Source: Rhodosorus marinus CCMP1338 (taxonomy: Eukaryota; Plantae; Rhodophyta). Taken from it: a stretch of 64,000 nucleotides of DNA. The stretch covers positions 620,001 to 684,000 of the forward strand of contig JAMWBK010000011.1 in assembly GCA_029953675.1 (NCBI GenBank), written 5' to 3'. The notes beneath the pieces were generated by a model. That model ran no database searches, was not told the DNA's origin, and saw only the letters and a program-made list of their open reading frames with translations. Below are positions 1 through 11,465 of this stretch, piece by piece. A program made the position numbers and the translations under genes. The number at the start of each line of letters is the position of its first letter. The stretch's first letter is position 1.

Positions 1-317
1 GACGAGACCCGTCATCCAAACACTGTCTGCGCAGGAAAAAACATGGCAAACATCCATACCTTGTTCACTGTCTCCTGTGTAATCTCAATGGGCACGCCGT
101 GCAGCTCGTTCACTGCAACGATAACAGAATTCGAGTCGTTAACAGGCGCATCCCTCACTCCAACCGTACCATCCTCCCGAATCTCCTGAGCAGCGGCATT
201 CACCCGACTATCAATATACTGCCGAAGACTGCCCCGGAACATCCACAACAAACAAAAGAGCAACGTCTGACCAAGCACAACCGCAACCATCAACAGAATA
301 GCCGCAATCAGCTCCAT
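1..317 (-). CDS. TM + RING-H2 (ATL-like) E3 ligase paralog 1, 3'-truncated by window edge
   Basis: ATG at 317 (MELIAAILLMVAVVLGQTLLFCLLWMFR, hydrophobic helix). Exon 1 317-60 ends ITQETVNK followed by donor GTATGG at 59, matching the junction motif of the other paralogs. A possible acceptor at 23 gives CLDDGSR (cf. CLAE/CLRN). The RING itself lies outside the window. Confidence 0.75.
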
Positions 318-1809
318 CGCGACCTTTAAAAAAAGAGGTTTCTTCCTCTGCTCAAAACCCAGCGCAGTCCATACCAACCCAACTTGCCCACACCCTCCCT
401 CTCCCAGACCCCAAATCCGAAAACGGTATTTCACTTCCTAAGAACTCATCTATCCTCCTGACTACTCTTCTTGCTCTACCTCTTAAGAGAGCCTCCGTCC
501 AGAAGGGCTACTCTACCAGAACAAAAGTAAAATATCCCAAACCTCTTCTCTTCTTCTTCATCAGCTGCGCTGACGAAAGAGATGAAACTAACTACCCAAG
601 CAAAAGGAAATATCAAAGCCCTAGTCGATGCCCGTGAACAACGTGGGGAGACTTGCGTACTCTCTCTCTCCTTTTTTGACTATCGTCTTCAGTATCAGCC
701 CCGCGTTTTCTTCGTATCACGCCTCGCGTTCTTAACCCTGAGGTTCGTCTCTATTCAGTTTTCTCCGCACGATGCGCTGTGGGTTAACTATCGGCAGCGC
801 CGTGTGCGGAAGGGACAAAAAAAAGTTCGTCGTCAACCATCTGCTTTAGCCCCCCAAAGCCCAAGTCCAGTCCTCTCCTCTCTCTTTCCCAAGGCGGAGG
901 AACTGTCGTCGCGCACCAAACACCATCCACATTACGGCATGGCCTGAGATATGAAGGGGGGTACACCGGCTCAAATATGACCTGTACGAAATTGTAAAAC
1001 AGACTAGGAAGTTGCTGCTCCAACCAACAATACCAGCAACGAACTCTCGCGGTAAAGCCAAGAAACCTTAAACACCGTTCCCAACCGAATTCCATACTAG
1101 GAACGACCGCCCCTCACCGCGTAGTTTTTAGTACACTTAGTACATGAAATACGAAGAGTAAGGAAGGAAGGAGTACTATGGGGCATGCCTCATGCCCCTG
1201 AGATCGTCAGACAACAAACGATAATATTATAATAAAACTTCAATGTTTCTCCTCTAAAGGGGCACATTTCGGGGCTTTTCTCCATTTAGGGCATTCTCAA
1301 TCTTGAAATTTATTTTGTATACTCATGAAAAGATGCCCCCGCACGATGTTCGTTTTTACGACGACTAAAATACGTCATGTTCGTTCGTATTGGATTGGCG
1401 CCCTCCATGGAAAAATAAAATATGGAACTGAAATCCATTGGAAGGGCGGGGACCTAGAAGCGGCCTTGCGAACTCAACATCCCCCCCAATCGCGCGTCCA
1501 TTTGTCAGCAACAACACCTGAAATTTGTGCCGTGCACTCTGTCTCTGTCTCTCTCTCTCACGGGAACAAAGGAGCGCTCCCAATGACTAGAAGGTCTCCA
1601 ATCGCAGAGATCGTGGAGATGAGCCCCACTGAGTCGATATCAAAATACAGTCTAAATCAGACTCAGGGATTCGACCTGGTATCTTAGGTTTCCATCCAAA
1701 GAAACGGCCTTCTCTTGTTCTATCCCTTCTTCCTTTTCTCTTTTTCTATCTGCTTCCCATTGAACTCTCCAAGCCCTAATGGTTCGCTACTATATTGCGG
1801 GCGTCTTCA

Positions 1810-1975
1810 GTAGTTGAGTTCTTTGGCTTGATGCATTCGCTTAATTCCCGTTTGGCGTCGCAAATTGTTCCGCGAGCGCACAGACCGGCTCTCCTCTCGT
1901 TGCCTACCCTTTTGGGTTCCCTGTTGTGGCGCTGCTTTGATGCTGGAGGCGCGTGATCTTCTCATTCTGAGCTCC
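1810..1975 (-). repeat. Degenerate dispersed repeat, copy 1 of 3
   Basis: 24-bp exact match CGCTGCTTTGATGCTGGAGGCGCG at 1930-1953 and 5487-5510, with patchy flanking similarity; boundaries approximate. Confidence 0.55.
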
Positions 1976-2518
1976 TTTTTTTTTCCCCCATTGCGCTTTT
2001 CTTCAGCCTCCGAAGAAACACGTTTCATGCAATAAGCTTCTGATCTCCTTTCGGGGGAACCGTTTCACGGACTTTTTTCGCACGTCACCACTTTTGAGCA
2101 GCCTCTGCACCTCCGATGAGGTTTGCGCGTCGGCAACAGGAATTCGGGGGTATCAGAATCTTACCGAGCCTCTGTTGGAATCCCGGATACGGCTTCAATG
2201 GGGAACGGGGCTGGACCCATGTTGGTTTTTGTGCCGTAGGCCTGGTTTGGAATTCAACGGATTTTATTAATTATACAGCGGGACCCAGCAGAAGCGGCTT
2301 TGTTCTGCGCTATCGTCGGAAATATTAGTCGCAATCTCAATCTGCAGAGAGCGCCGTTATCATCGGAAATATTAGTTGCGGTCGTTCGCCTGCAGCGCTG
2401 TCTCTCGATAAGAATATATGTGCACGTCGTTGGGATGATCGCTTTTTGCGTTCGGTCGATTCTCCAATAGCCAGCTCCTCGCTTTTTTCGGAGTTCAATG
2501 GCATTGTCGAGGCGAAAG

Positions 2519-3178
2519 TTAAACCATGTTCTCTCCCCACGTCGGCACCGTTTCAGATTTTTCCATCTCCAAGCCGCACACTGGGGCATTGATCTCCACG
2601 TTGATGGGGAAGACCGGGGTCTTACAGTTTGGGCAAGTTATATCACGACGAGTATAAACCCATTTTCCCAAACAGGTCAAGTGGAAACCATGCCCGCAGG
2701 TTGGGGCAATGTAGCACTGCGAATTTGGGGCATCGAGTAATTCATCTAAGCAGATGCTGCACACGACGTCATGATGCTTAGGCTTGTCCACGATGTCGCT
2801 CATTTCAGCCAGACACTGTTGGTAAGTGAGAATAAACACAGAAAGGTGAGCATCAGATATTCTATCCCCGTCCTCGTTTCGTTTCGTGTTTTGGGCTCAA
2901 AAACCTACCTCGTTCACGAAATCCTGGTCCACGGCCCCGCGTTTCCCGAAAACGTCATCCCGTCGTTCTCCATCAATACTCACGATGAACTGATTCGCAA
3001 TGCCAGGCACCCGCTGCTCAATCTCACGACTCTCCAAATCATGCGACTCCATTTGCTGCCCAGCCAGCTCTACTCGCCAGCGTTGCCTCCTCGTTATCAC
3101 ATACCATACCAAAATAATCGACGCAGCAATAGTCAAAAACACCAGCACTCCTACCACAAAATCTGATATAGACGCCAT
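2519..3178 (-). CDS. TM + RING-H2 (ATL-like) E3 ligase paralog 2, ~188 aa
   Basis: Exon 1 3178-2909 (TM FVVGVLVFLTIAASIILVWYVI then RRQR); intron 2908-2816 (GTAGG...AACAG, 93 nt, phase 0); exon 2 2815-2519 with CSIC-x17-CGHGFHLTC-LGKW-x8-CPNC. Confidence 0.9.
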
Positions 3179-4169
3179 CGTCCAAAACGGAAAAAAGCAA
3201 AATTTTCTCCCTTACGCCCTTTTCCAAACAAAAGAAATCGCCGCAAGTCGTCCACAAACCCTAGCACGAGCTGCAGCAGTCTCTACTCTATTCCCAAGTC
3301 GGAGTACAAGCAGACACAGCAACCTCCTAAAAGTCCTCACCGTAGTTTCTCACTCTACCTGGTCACGGTCGAACAAAAACAAAAACGACCGACAGTGGAT
3401 TGCAGGCAAGTCGTCAGTGGTACTACGCGGCTCGCTCTCTCCCACTCTGACGCCGACCAGAGAAAAGTCGTGAACAAATACCCCTGTCGCTCGCGGAAGA
3501 CAATTCCCAGAGACAGATCATATCTACCGACCTGCTGTGGTTCACTAGACTTTGATTTGTCAATGATGAACAGCCAAAAAAAGGCTCCGGACTTCTGAAT
3601 TTCGCTACGCGAGTGCAGAGAGACGACTTAGGAAGGCACTTCAGTTTCCCCACCCCCAAGCGGGGCGAGAGTAAGCTAGACAACTTCCAAATAACTTAAT
3701 TTTCTGCTCCAGCTCGGCAAACGTCTTCCCCAAAAACCCGCTATGGCAAACGGCAGCTATTTCGGGAGGTTGTCATAAACCAGTCCGATTTAAATTAGAC
3801 TATTCCAAAACATTCGAAAAATTGGGGTATATCAGACTGAAATTATCCAAAAAACCTGGGAGATTGTTTGTCCGATAAACCGTCCAATATTCAATCAAGG
3901 TTGGTAATATAATCAATCGCCTAAGTGGTACATGAAAAAAACTGCCCTGGGCTACATAGTAGGACGGGAAAGCGTCCTTGCCAATTCACTCCGACGAAAG
4001 TGGGCAATTCCATATCTAACCGGCCTGAAGTGTGCACAAGCTGTGGTCACTCTTTTATGTATGCTGAATGAGGAGTGGAGTTGGTTGTTGAGTTCTCCAG
4101 ACTGTTTCGTATAGGATCTGGTTGTTTTTTCTTTCTTTTCCAGAAGAGTCAAAACCAGGAAAAGGGGGA

Positions 4170-4360
4170 TTGAATGAATGGGTTTTTGGTGGGGGAGACC
4201 CTGCTGCAATGGCGAAGATCACTCGCCTCGGATATCAAAGCAGCGTCCATACGCCGTAACCACAGCAGGAAACTCAAACGGCTTAACGAGGAGAGCCAGT
4301 CGGCGGGCGCCCCGTGGAACAAGCTTGACCGACAACCGAACAACTTCCAAGCAGAATGAT
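4170..4360 (+). repeat. Degenerate dispersed repeat, copy 2 of 3 (inverted relative to copies 1 and 3)
   Basis: ATCAAAGCAGCGTCCATACGCC (4234-4255) matches the reverse complement of 5477-5498 at 21/22; shared TTGAATGAAT...GGAGACC upstream; boundaries approximate. Confidence 0.55.
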
Positions 4361-5339
4361 TCGCTTGTGCGCTTAACCACCGGGAATATGATTAATGAAA
4401 TAAATTGCGGACCCACATTGTTAGTCAAATGTTCCCCCTAAAACAGAATTCAATCGATATTCGTTGTTGATTGACGAATATCAATCGGTCGGTATCGGAC
4501 GAACTTGTTTGTTTTCTTTTTATTTAGGTCCTATATTTATCGGACGCTATCGGATTTATCGGACATCAATGACCAGCCGGATTACAGTGAAGCTTTTAAA
4601 AGCAGCAGCGTTTGGAGAAAAGACCGATGTTCATCAATAAACTCAATACTCCGTCGGGGAGATGATTCCGTATGTAAACCCCGGCACAGCTTCCAATCCA
4701 CCGAAGGAAGGCACCCACTGCCCGACCCTCGGTCCCGACACAGTTCGCTCGCGATGGGAAAGATTCAGTTGTCCAAGTTTTCCCATGGGTAGATTAATTT
4801 GAAGGTTGACCAACAACCGAACAACTTCCAAAGCCCAATGAGTCCCTCTTTCCGCGCTCGCCCCCCCACCCTTCGAGCATCCGCTCTCCCTAGTTCCAAG
4901 CCATCCGCCCATTTATTTTTTTGTTCTACACTTTTATCATTTGCTCAATGATCTCTGTTTGCAAATATACATTTTTATAATTAAGGTTGTCAGGAAAAAT
5001 GGGACGAACGCCGGAGAGGTACGCTGGAGAAGCAAAGTTAAAAGTCAATTCATCATCGTTTTAATCGGGAGGTAGTGCAAGGCCCCGAATGAGGTACTCT
5101 AGTAAGGGCATAGAGATCGCGCCCGCAGCGGCACTTCTAAGTTTAGTTAGAGACCACAACTGGCTATGCTAAACCAAGGGATCGCATCTCCAATACTAGG
5201 GCCGCATTAGAACGCCACATCATGTTTCATGATGAGTTGACAAACCTGTGACTCCCTTTTCCCCGCCTTGTAGGACACCCAAAGAGTTGAAATATGGCGG
5301 GCGGGTTTGCCCTCCACAGGCATTCGTACTTCGGCTCTA

Positions 5340-5575
5340 GCTCATCGATTGGTATCTCTGGTTATTGAGTGCTTTGGGTTTATGGATTCTGTTGGTTCCC
5401 GCTGGGTCGGGAGTTGTTCCGCGAACGCCCTGACCGCTCTATCCGCGTTGTTTACCCGTTTTAAGTTGCCTGCTATGGCGTATGAACGCTGCTTTGATGC
5501 TGGAGGCGCGGTCTTAGTCTTTTTTTAACCCGGCGGGGTTTGTCTTTCGGTCTCCGATTAAGCAAAATTCATTCA
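5340..5575 (-). repeat. Degenerate dispersed repeat, copy 3 of 3
   Basis: See copies 1 and 2; this copy lies inside a 14-bp inverted repeat pair (5204-5217 / 5579-5592). Confidence 0.55.
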
Positions 5576-6476
5576 AACTGGCGTTCTAATGCTATGGAGA
5601 AGTCAAACACCTGTGGCTGCTTCCTTTTCCCTCTCACAGGGCACCCACAATACGGTCATTAGTTTTCCAGCAGACCATAGCATGAACCTCAACGAGGGGA
5701 GGAAACGTGAGTGTGTCTCATCACGATCGCGTAAACAGTCCCAAAGCCAAGTCGCCCGTAAGCTCTCTATGAAGCTGAAGACCTCAAACCAACCAGTGTT
5801 AGCAGTGGCAGACTGCTTGAAGACGTGGCGCCACTATCTCTAGGGTTTGAAGACGGTGGTCTTCACAGAATAGGCCGCCGTAGCGTACTTCACGGACCCC
5901 CAAGATCCCAATGGTCGCCAGCTCTTTTCAACTAATGTTGTGTTTTACATAAATTTGACAAAGACAAGCTGTCCTCGAGGCATCTGGTGTTTTTCGTATG
6001 GAATTCTAGGCAATGAGAGCGAATGGGAACTGGGTCCGGTCGTTCGGAAGGGAAGCGGTTTGCTGATGCCCTAGCGATGAACTGAAGTGGATAATCATAC
6101 ACGGAAGAGTATACTAGACTAGCTAACGCATTGCGGACGAGCTTCGAAGCCTTTAATTGCGTTCTTTTCCGCAGCAACAGGTTGCATGGAGCGATGAGCA
6201 TGGGCTTTGTACACGGATCGATTGCTCGAGTTTTAATAAGAGCTACCTAGTACAATACTACGATAGGTACTCCAAATGTTTAAGGTGACCAGAGCGGAAG
6301 GATATATGAGCATGCGCAGGGCCCGCGCGTTGGAGACCGGAAAAGCGCCGGCGGATTGTCTTTCTGGACAAACGCCTGTTGGCGTATGCACTTTTCCGAG
6401 CGGTTTTCACAGTCGCGGCTAAGCCCTTTCTCCAGACTGGGTGTTTGCTGACACCGGGTACTGATGCATCTCCCTG

Positions 6477-7193
6477 CTATGCAACGGACAACTTGCTCAG
6501 GTTTTTCTCGGCAAAGTATCTCTCCATCCCATCGGTTAAGAAATCCACGAGCTTTGCGTACGCTGCTGGTGTGTCTTTCAGGGCGCCGCTCTCGATCTTT
6601 CCCTTCAGAAGATTGAAGGTTAGGAAGTTGACGGCCGTGTACCCCATACAAATAGTATACCCCTTGCCGGCGTCGTGGAAGTCGAAATAGTTTTCAACTC
6701 TGAAGGAGCTGCCCATTGGAACGTCCCGGTTGTGAATCTCCCACTCAAGGCGAAATCCTGTACTCGTGAAAGCCAGAAACGACTTCTCATCTACTCTCGT
6801 CTGCTTCGGACCGATTGTATAATTTAATTTCTTCTTAAATGACCCGGTTCGCTCACGATGTCCTCCTACATTGTCCCAGTTAGTGATCTTCACATCCCAG
6901 TCACCCATAACAGACTTGTGGAACTCCGTGTATATGTTCACCCCATCTTCGTAAATGTACCTGAACAGATCACGAATGTTGACCTCCAAGCGCCTCTTGA
7001 ACACCTGCTTCCGCTGTGTAAACGCCTTTCCGTGGTAGAAATCGAGTACATCCCCCTTCTCTACCCACACAGAGTCCTCACTCACCTCCCCGCGGCTCTG
7101 CTCCGGATCCTTCCCCAAAACACCCGCTTCAAGTTCCTGCTCGCTCCTCAGATCCTGACCAATCCCGGCCTCCTGAGACGCGGTTGACGCCAT
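6477..7193 (-). CDS. VASt (VAD1/StARkin lipid-transfer) domain protein, ~238 aa
   Basis: Single ORF from ATG 7193. Motifs IGPKQTRVDE, DVPMGSSFRVE and KGKIESGA are typical of VASt/Lam/GRAMD1 sterol-binding domains. Acidic low-complexity N-terminus; no GRAM or TM segment seen. Confidence 0.8.
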   Translation of the reverse strand: MASTASQEAGIGQDLRSEQELEAGVLGKDPEQSRGEVSEDSVWVEKGDVLDFYHGKAFTQRKQVFKRRLEVNIRDLFRYIYEDGVNIYTEFHKSVMGDWDVKITNWDNVGGHRERTGSFKKKLNYTIGPKQTRVDEKSFLAFTSTGFRLEWEIHNRDVPMGSSFRVENYFDFHDAGKGYTICMGYTAVNFLTFNLLKGKIESGALKDTPAAYAKLVDFLTDGMERYFAEKNLSKLSVA

Positions 7194-8896
7194 TTCCTCC
7201 ACACAAAGGTGAGAAACCGCTCAATCCGATTACACTCGGCCTTAACGAAGGGCTTGTGAGAGTACTCAGCAAGCTCCCGCACCCACCCCGTCACTTTTTA
7301 AAGCCGTCCCGAAAGCCGTTAACAGTTGGAGTCACTTTTGGGTCAAATGCCGACCCAAAAAGTGCAAACGTTGGTCGCAAGGGAGCACCAGGTTGGAGAG
7401 GTTCCATAGCTCATTTGCCTGTCTTCCATACCGGAAAGGCAAAAAAACGGAGAGAAAGGATCTAGACATGAGGAGGCTCCTCTTCGTGGCTGCTTTTGGA
7501 GCACATCACGCATCCGGCAAATGCCGTCCCATCCGATGCTGCCTTTTGGGACGACGCCGTCCGGCACCTTGATGGTCCAAGGCAAACGTTCAGGGGTCCT
7601 CCAGGATAGAGGCCGGTTAGAACTTGAATGAAGGGATCGATGGTTGCTGGTTGATCTGTTTCGAGAAGTCTTAATTTCTCCTGATGTTCAGCTCAATATT
7701 TCTCTATAATGCAGCTCTCATAGTTGGTTTGGCTAGGTGCAGAGCCAAGAGTGTTCGTAGCTTCAGTATCATTGAGGAGCTATGGCTTTCATCTGGACTA
7801 CTGGTCCGCCGATGGAGTCTGGGCTGACTGACAGTGCTCTGTTTGGTCCTCGGAGTAGGAGCAGTATTCAGGATGGTATCCTCATCCAGATGATTTCCGG
7901 AGTGCTTTGTTCCTGGCTTTGCAGGTTTCGAGTTTGGGTGCGTGTTGGTCGGCAACGTAGATTAGTAATCCGACTGATGAGGAGCACATATGGATTGTTT
8001 CATGATGAAGAGGGATTATGGCTATCATCGATGCACTTCCTGGATCTTGGAATGCTAGATGAGCTGGTGTTGCTGAGTCACAGAGGACAGTTCAGTGATC
8101 CTCAAATTCCTTTTTGGCCGGGAGAGCGGTCATGAGCTTGTTCGTAGTGTGGATCTGTTGTTCTGTGTACTCGTCAAATTTTTTTTCGGGGCTTTTATAT
8201 AGTTTGTCAGATCTTTGTCACATCCAAAAAGCTATTGACTCCTCTTTGGGGCTCTCATCGACCGGGCCCTTCGGCGATACCACAGCGGTTGGCTTTCGGG
8301 GCGCCCGGGGGCGTAAGTCAGTAGTGGGCGATGCTGCGTTTTGACCCCCAATGTTTTCGGAGGGTTTTTGCACAACTTGTTTCTTTATTTAGACCTTTTG
8401 CTTCATTTCGTTAGCTCTCGCTACGCCTGGAGGAAGTTTGTCTTCGGGATGTCGATTCGTTTGGAGCCGGGATAAGCATTTCCGATTTTCATTTGATTTT
8501 CAGAATATTTTAGTGGTCTAAGCATTGAATAATTGGCACTGAACAAGCGTGACGTATAAATAACACCCACGGGTTCTGCATCTGGCTAGAGAAAAGGTAG
8601 ACAGACGTAAGCAAGAGCAAAAATGTGAAGAATCTGATATGCAAGGAATGCCGGTTATACTGAAAACCCTCGAAAGCTGCTCACTAGCCCCAATCTCCAA
8701 AGAAATCACTCAACCAGCCACCTTCCTCCCCTTCTTCGATCCCTCAATCAATCAAATCTGGGGGTGAACCTTTCCTTTACACCTTTCAATAATCAATGAC
8801 CTTGCTTGTAGCACCCGAATTGTTTGTACAGAGAGTAAAAAGAGGAGCCGAACAAGATTTACAAGCGTGAGCACTCCTACGAGCATTGAGAGCCGT

Positions 8897-9489
8897 TCAT
8901 ACTATTAAATAAGTCCGCGAATTGGAGGGCTGGTGGTAGAAGAGATGACCCCCATCCGCTGATGCAAAAGGGACTGTACAAAGAGGGCATTCTGTCCTCT
9001 TCCCGCTGCATATCCACTTGCTTATGCAGTCCACGTGAAAAACATGCGAGCAGCTCGGTGCAACGAACACCTCCGTCTTCATGTCCGGAAATTCTTCAAG
9101 GCATATCGTACAAACGTCCGGGTCCTCGTCCCCGTGGTCCGAGATAGCCGACTCAACCTTCCCGCTAGTCTCAACCAACCACTAAGCAAAGCAAAGCGAG
9201 AACATTCACACTGCCTAGTAAGCATATCTGCCAATCAAAAAAACACCGTAACAGTCACATTCAAGCAAGTTCACTCCCTTACCTGCCGTACGTCGTTCTC
9301 CGACATCGCGCACCTATCCAACGCCCCGCAGAACTGAATGATAACCGTATTATCCTCACCTCCCTGCTGCCTAGCCAACGCCTCCTCCATCATAAGCTCC
9401 CTCCGCAGGAACCTCCTGTACGCAATAAACGAAAGGAAGGCCAACGTACAAAGAACGACTACCAGAGCCACTCCATAAATCCAGAGCAT
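8897..9489 (-). CDS. TM + RING-H2 (ATL-like) paralog 3, ~163 aa
   Basis: Exon 1 9489-9283 (MLWIYGVALVVVLCTLAFLSFIAYRR); intron 9282-9182 (GTAAG...CTTAG, 101 nt); exon 2 9181-8897 with CTIC-x16-CSHVFHVDC-ISKW-x8-CPLC. Confidence 0.9.
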
Positions 9490-9604
9490 CTCTCCCACCC
9501 AACTCCAGCGCCAAGAAAACACAAAACAAAACCAGTCGAACAGTAAAAAAAAAGAAGAGGCCAAATACCAACAAAACCAAAAAAAAATTCTTAACTCTTA
9601 CTCT

Positions 9605-9862
9605 GCACTCTGTCTCTCTCTCTCTCTCCCTCCCTATCCCCCCTTTGTCTCTCTCTCTCCCCGTCTCTCTCTATCTCTCCCTATCCCCCTTTTGTCTCTG
9701 TCTGTCTGTCTATCTGTCTGTCTATCTGTCTCTCTGTCTGTCTCTCTGTCTATCTGTCTCTCTGTCTGTCTCTCTGTCTGTCTCTGTCTGTCCCCCTCTG
9801 TCTGTCCCCCTCTGTCTGTCTCCCTATCCCCCTTAATCTCTGTCTCTGTCTCTGTCTCTCTT

Positions 9863-9927
<65 letters not shown>

Positions 9928-9968
9928 CACTCTCTCCCTCTCTCAGTCACTCTCCCTCAGTCTCTCTC
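9605..9968. repeat. Compound (CT)n/(CTGT)n microsatellite
   Basis: About 360 bp of CT, CTGT and CTAT units with interspersed CCCTATCCCC motifs, directly upstream of paralog 3. Confidence 0.95.
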
Positions 9969-11465
9969 AATGCCAAAAACTTGGAAATACTTTTTCATGC
10001 TCCCCAAAAACCCTCGAATTCTCTTCCAAAAAGGCCGTTTCAAACCGCGTCAAAATCTAACCCTTTTTGAGTTTATCGAAAAAATGACACCCATCAGACA
10101 GACGACACCTCATCTACCACAAAAAGAGCTTTCCAAGCTCAAAAATATTCAAAAAGACCATTCTCACTTTTTACAATGGCGTTTAGATGGTACCCTTGAA
10201 AATGAGCTGTTTCGGAGGTATGATCTGAAAGGGGGGGAATATTTTTAACTACTAATATTATAAATAAGTGGAAATTTGGTGTTTTAGGAGCAAATAAAAT
10301 ATTTCTGAATTGAGATATGGGTAGTTTTAGATTAAGTTTTGATAAATAGTTTTAAAGTACTTAAATTATAAATATTGAGATAAGAGGGAGGAAATGGGTG
10401 GTAAATTTTACTTTAATTTTGTATCTGGTTATATTTTGGTACGAATATTTTTAATTGTGTAGGGGAGGTGCTTTTTTTTTATTGGGAGGCTGGGAAGCAT
10501 TGGATGAGTGCCTCTGAAGAGACTGGCTAGGGTTGCGTGGAAAGAGGTTGGAAGGGATGACTAGAACCGTAAATTAGAGCTTCGTTTCAGTTTTTGTAGG
10601 TGGCGTGAGGTTTTCACGTCGATTAAGAGAACAGGGAAGTTGTGGGTGATAGATTGGTTGCCGCCTGCTCTCCCATGCACCCCCATTTTTCGCTCAGGGG
10701 GAGTTGATGAACGAGCTTTCTCTTTGGAAAATGTGTTTCCCATGCCCGGATTCGCGATCAAGGACTTCCAAGCCCGCGTCTGCATCACTCCCTGCATACC
10801 CTGATCCTCTCGCGATTCGGACTATATGCTACTGAACACAATGTGCAGTTTTCAAAAGAGACCATCATCTCCATAGCAAAGCGTGTAGTCTCGATTACGT
10901 GTTGAGGGGTTGAGCGTGTCTCAGCTCAGAACCCAGGACTCTACCGGTTATCGTACAGCATCCGAACGCTGGGGACGGACTTTGGGGATATGCCCGATGA
11001 AAATAGTTTAAGACCCGCAGCATTGCATAATCGGATTAGACTTCTGTCTTTCAACATATTGTTCGGTTGAACGGTCTTATTGGCCCCGTGTGAAGACGTT
11101 CTGGGAATCTTTCCAAGGATCGATCATAGCACGATGAAACATGGACAATGGACCTCAGTGGAATGAGGTTTAATGAATGGGGTTTGTAGTCAGCAGTTGA
11201 TCCACACGTAATTGTACTCCTGAGTGATAGGGCGTTCCCGTTCAGCTCGATGATAAAATTACAGTTCGTCGCACTTTTCTACGAGAATCATTCAGCGGTC
11301 AGTACGCGTTGATATCTGCGGGGAAACGCTCACCCGACCTCTATGTATGGCCTTTCGATTGGCTGTCTATCCAGAATTCTCTATTCCATATATAGTCGTC
11401 CTCAGTCAAGGTACGGTGAGTTTTCACATAGGCTATCCGCAAAAAGACTCGGAGATTAGCGTATA

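Noticed and set aside
7343-8135. Possible TE remnant (IGWDG resembles the protease ILGxD motif)
   Set aside because: Frames are broken and similarity is too weak to call.
9634-10060. ORFs rich in ER/TD or SL/SV dipeptides (also 22449-22996)
   Set aside because: Translation artefacts of CT/GA microsatellites.
10816-11211. 132-codon frame whose three internal stops are all TGA (possible recoding or pseudogene)
   Set aside because: The stop count is not far from chance, there is no recognisable domain, and neighbouring genes use TGA as a normal stop.
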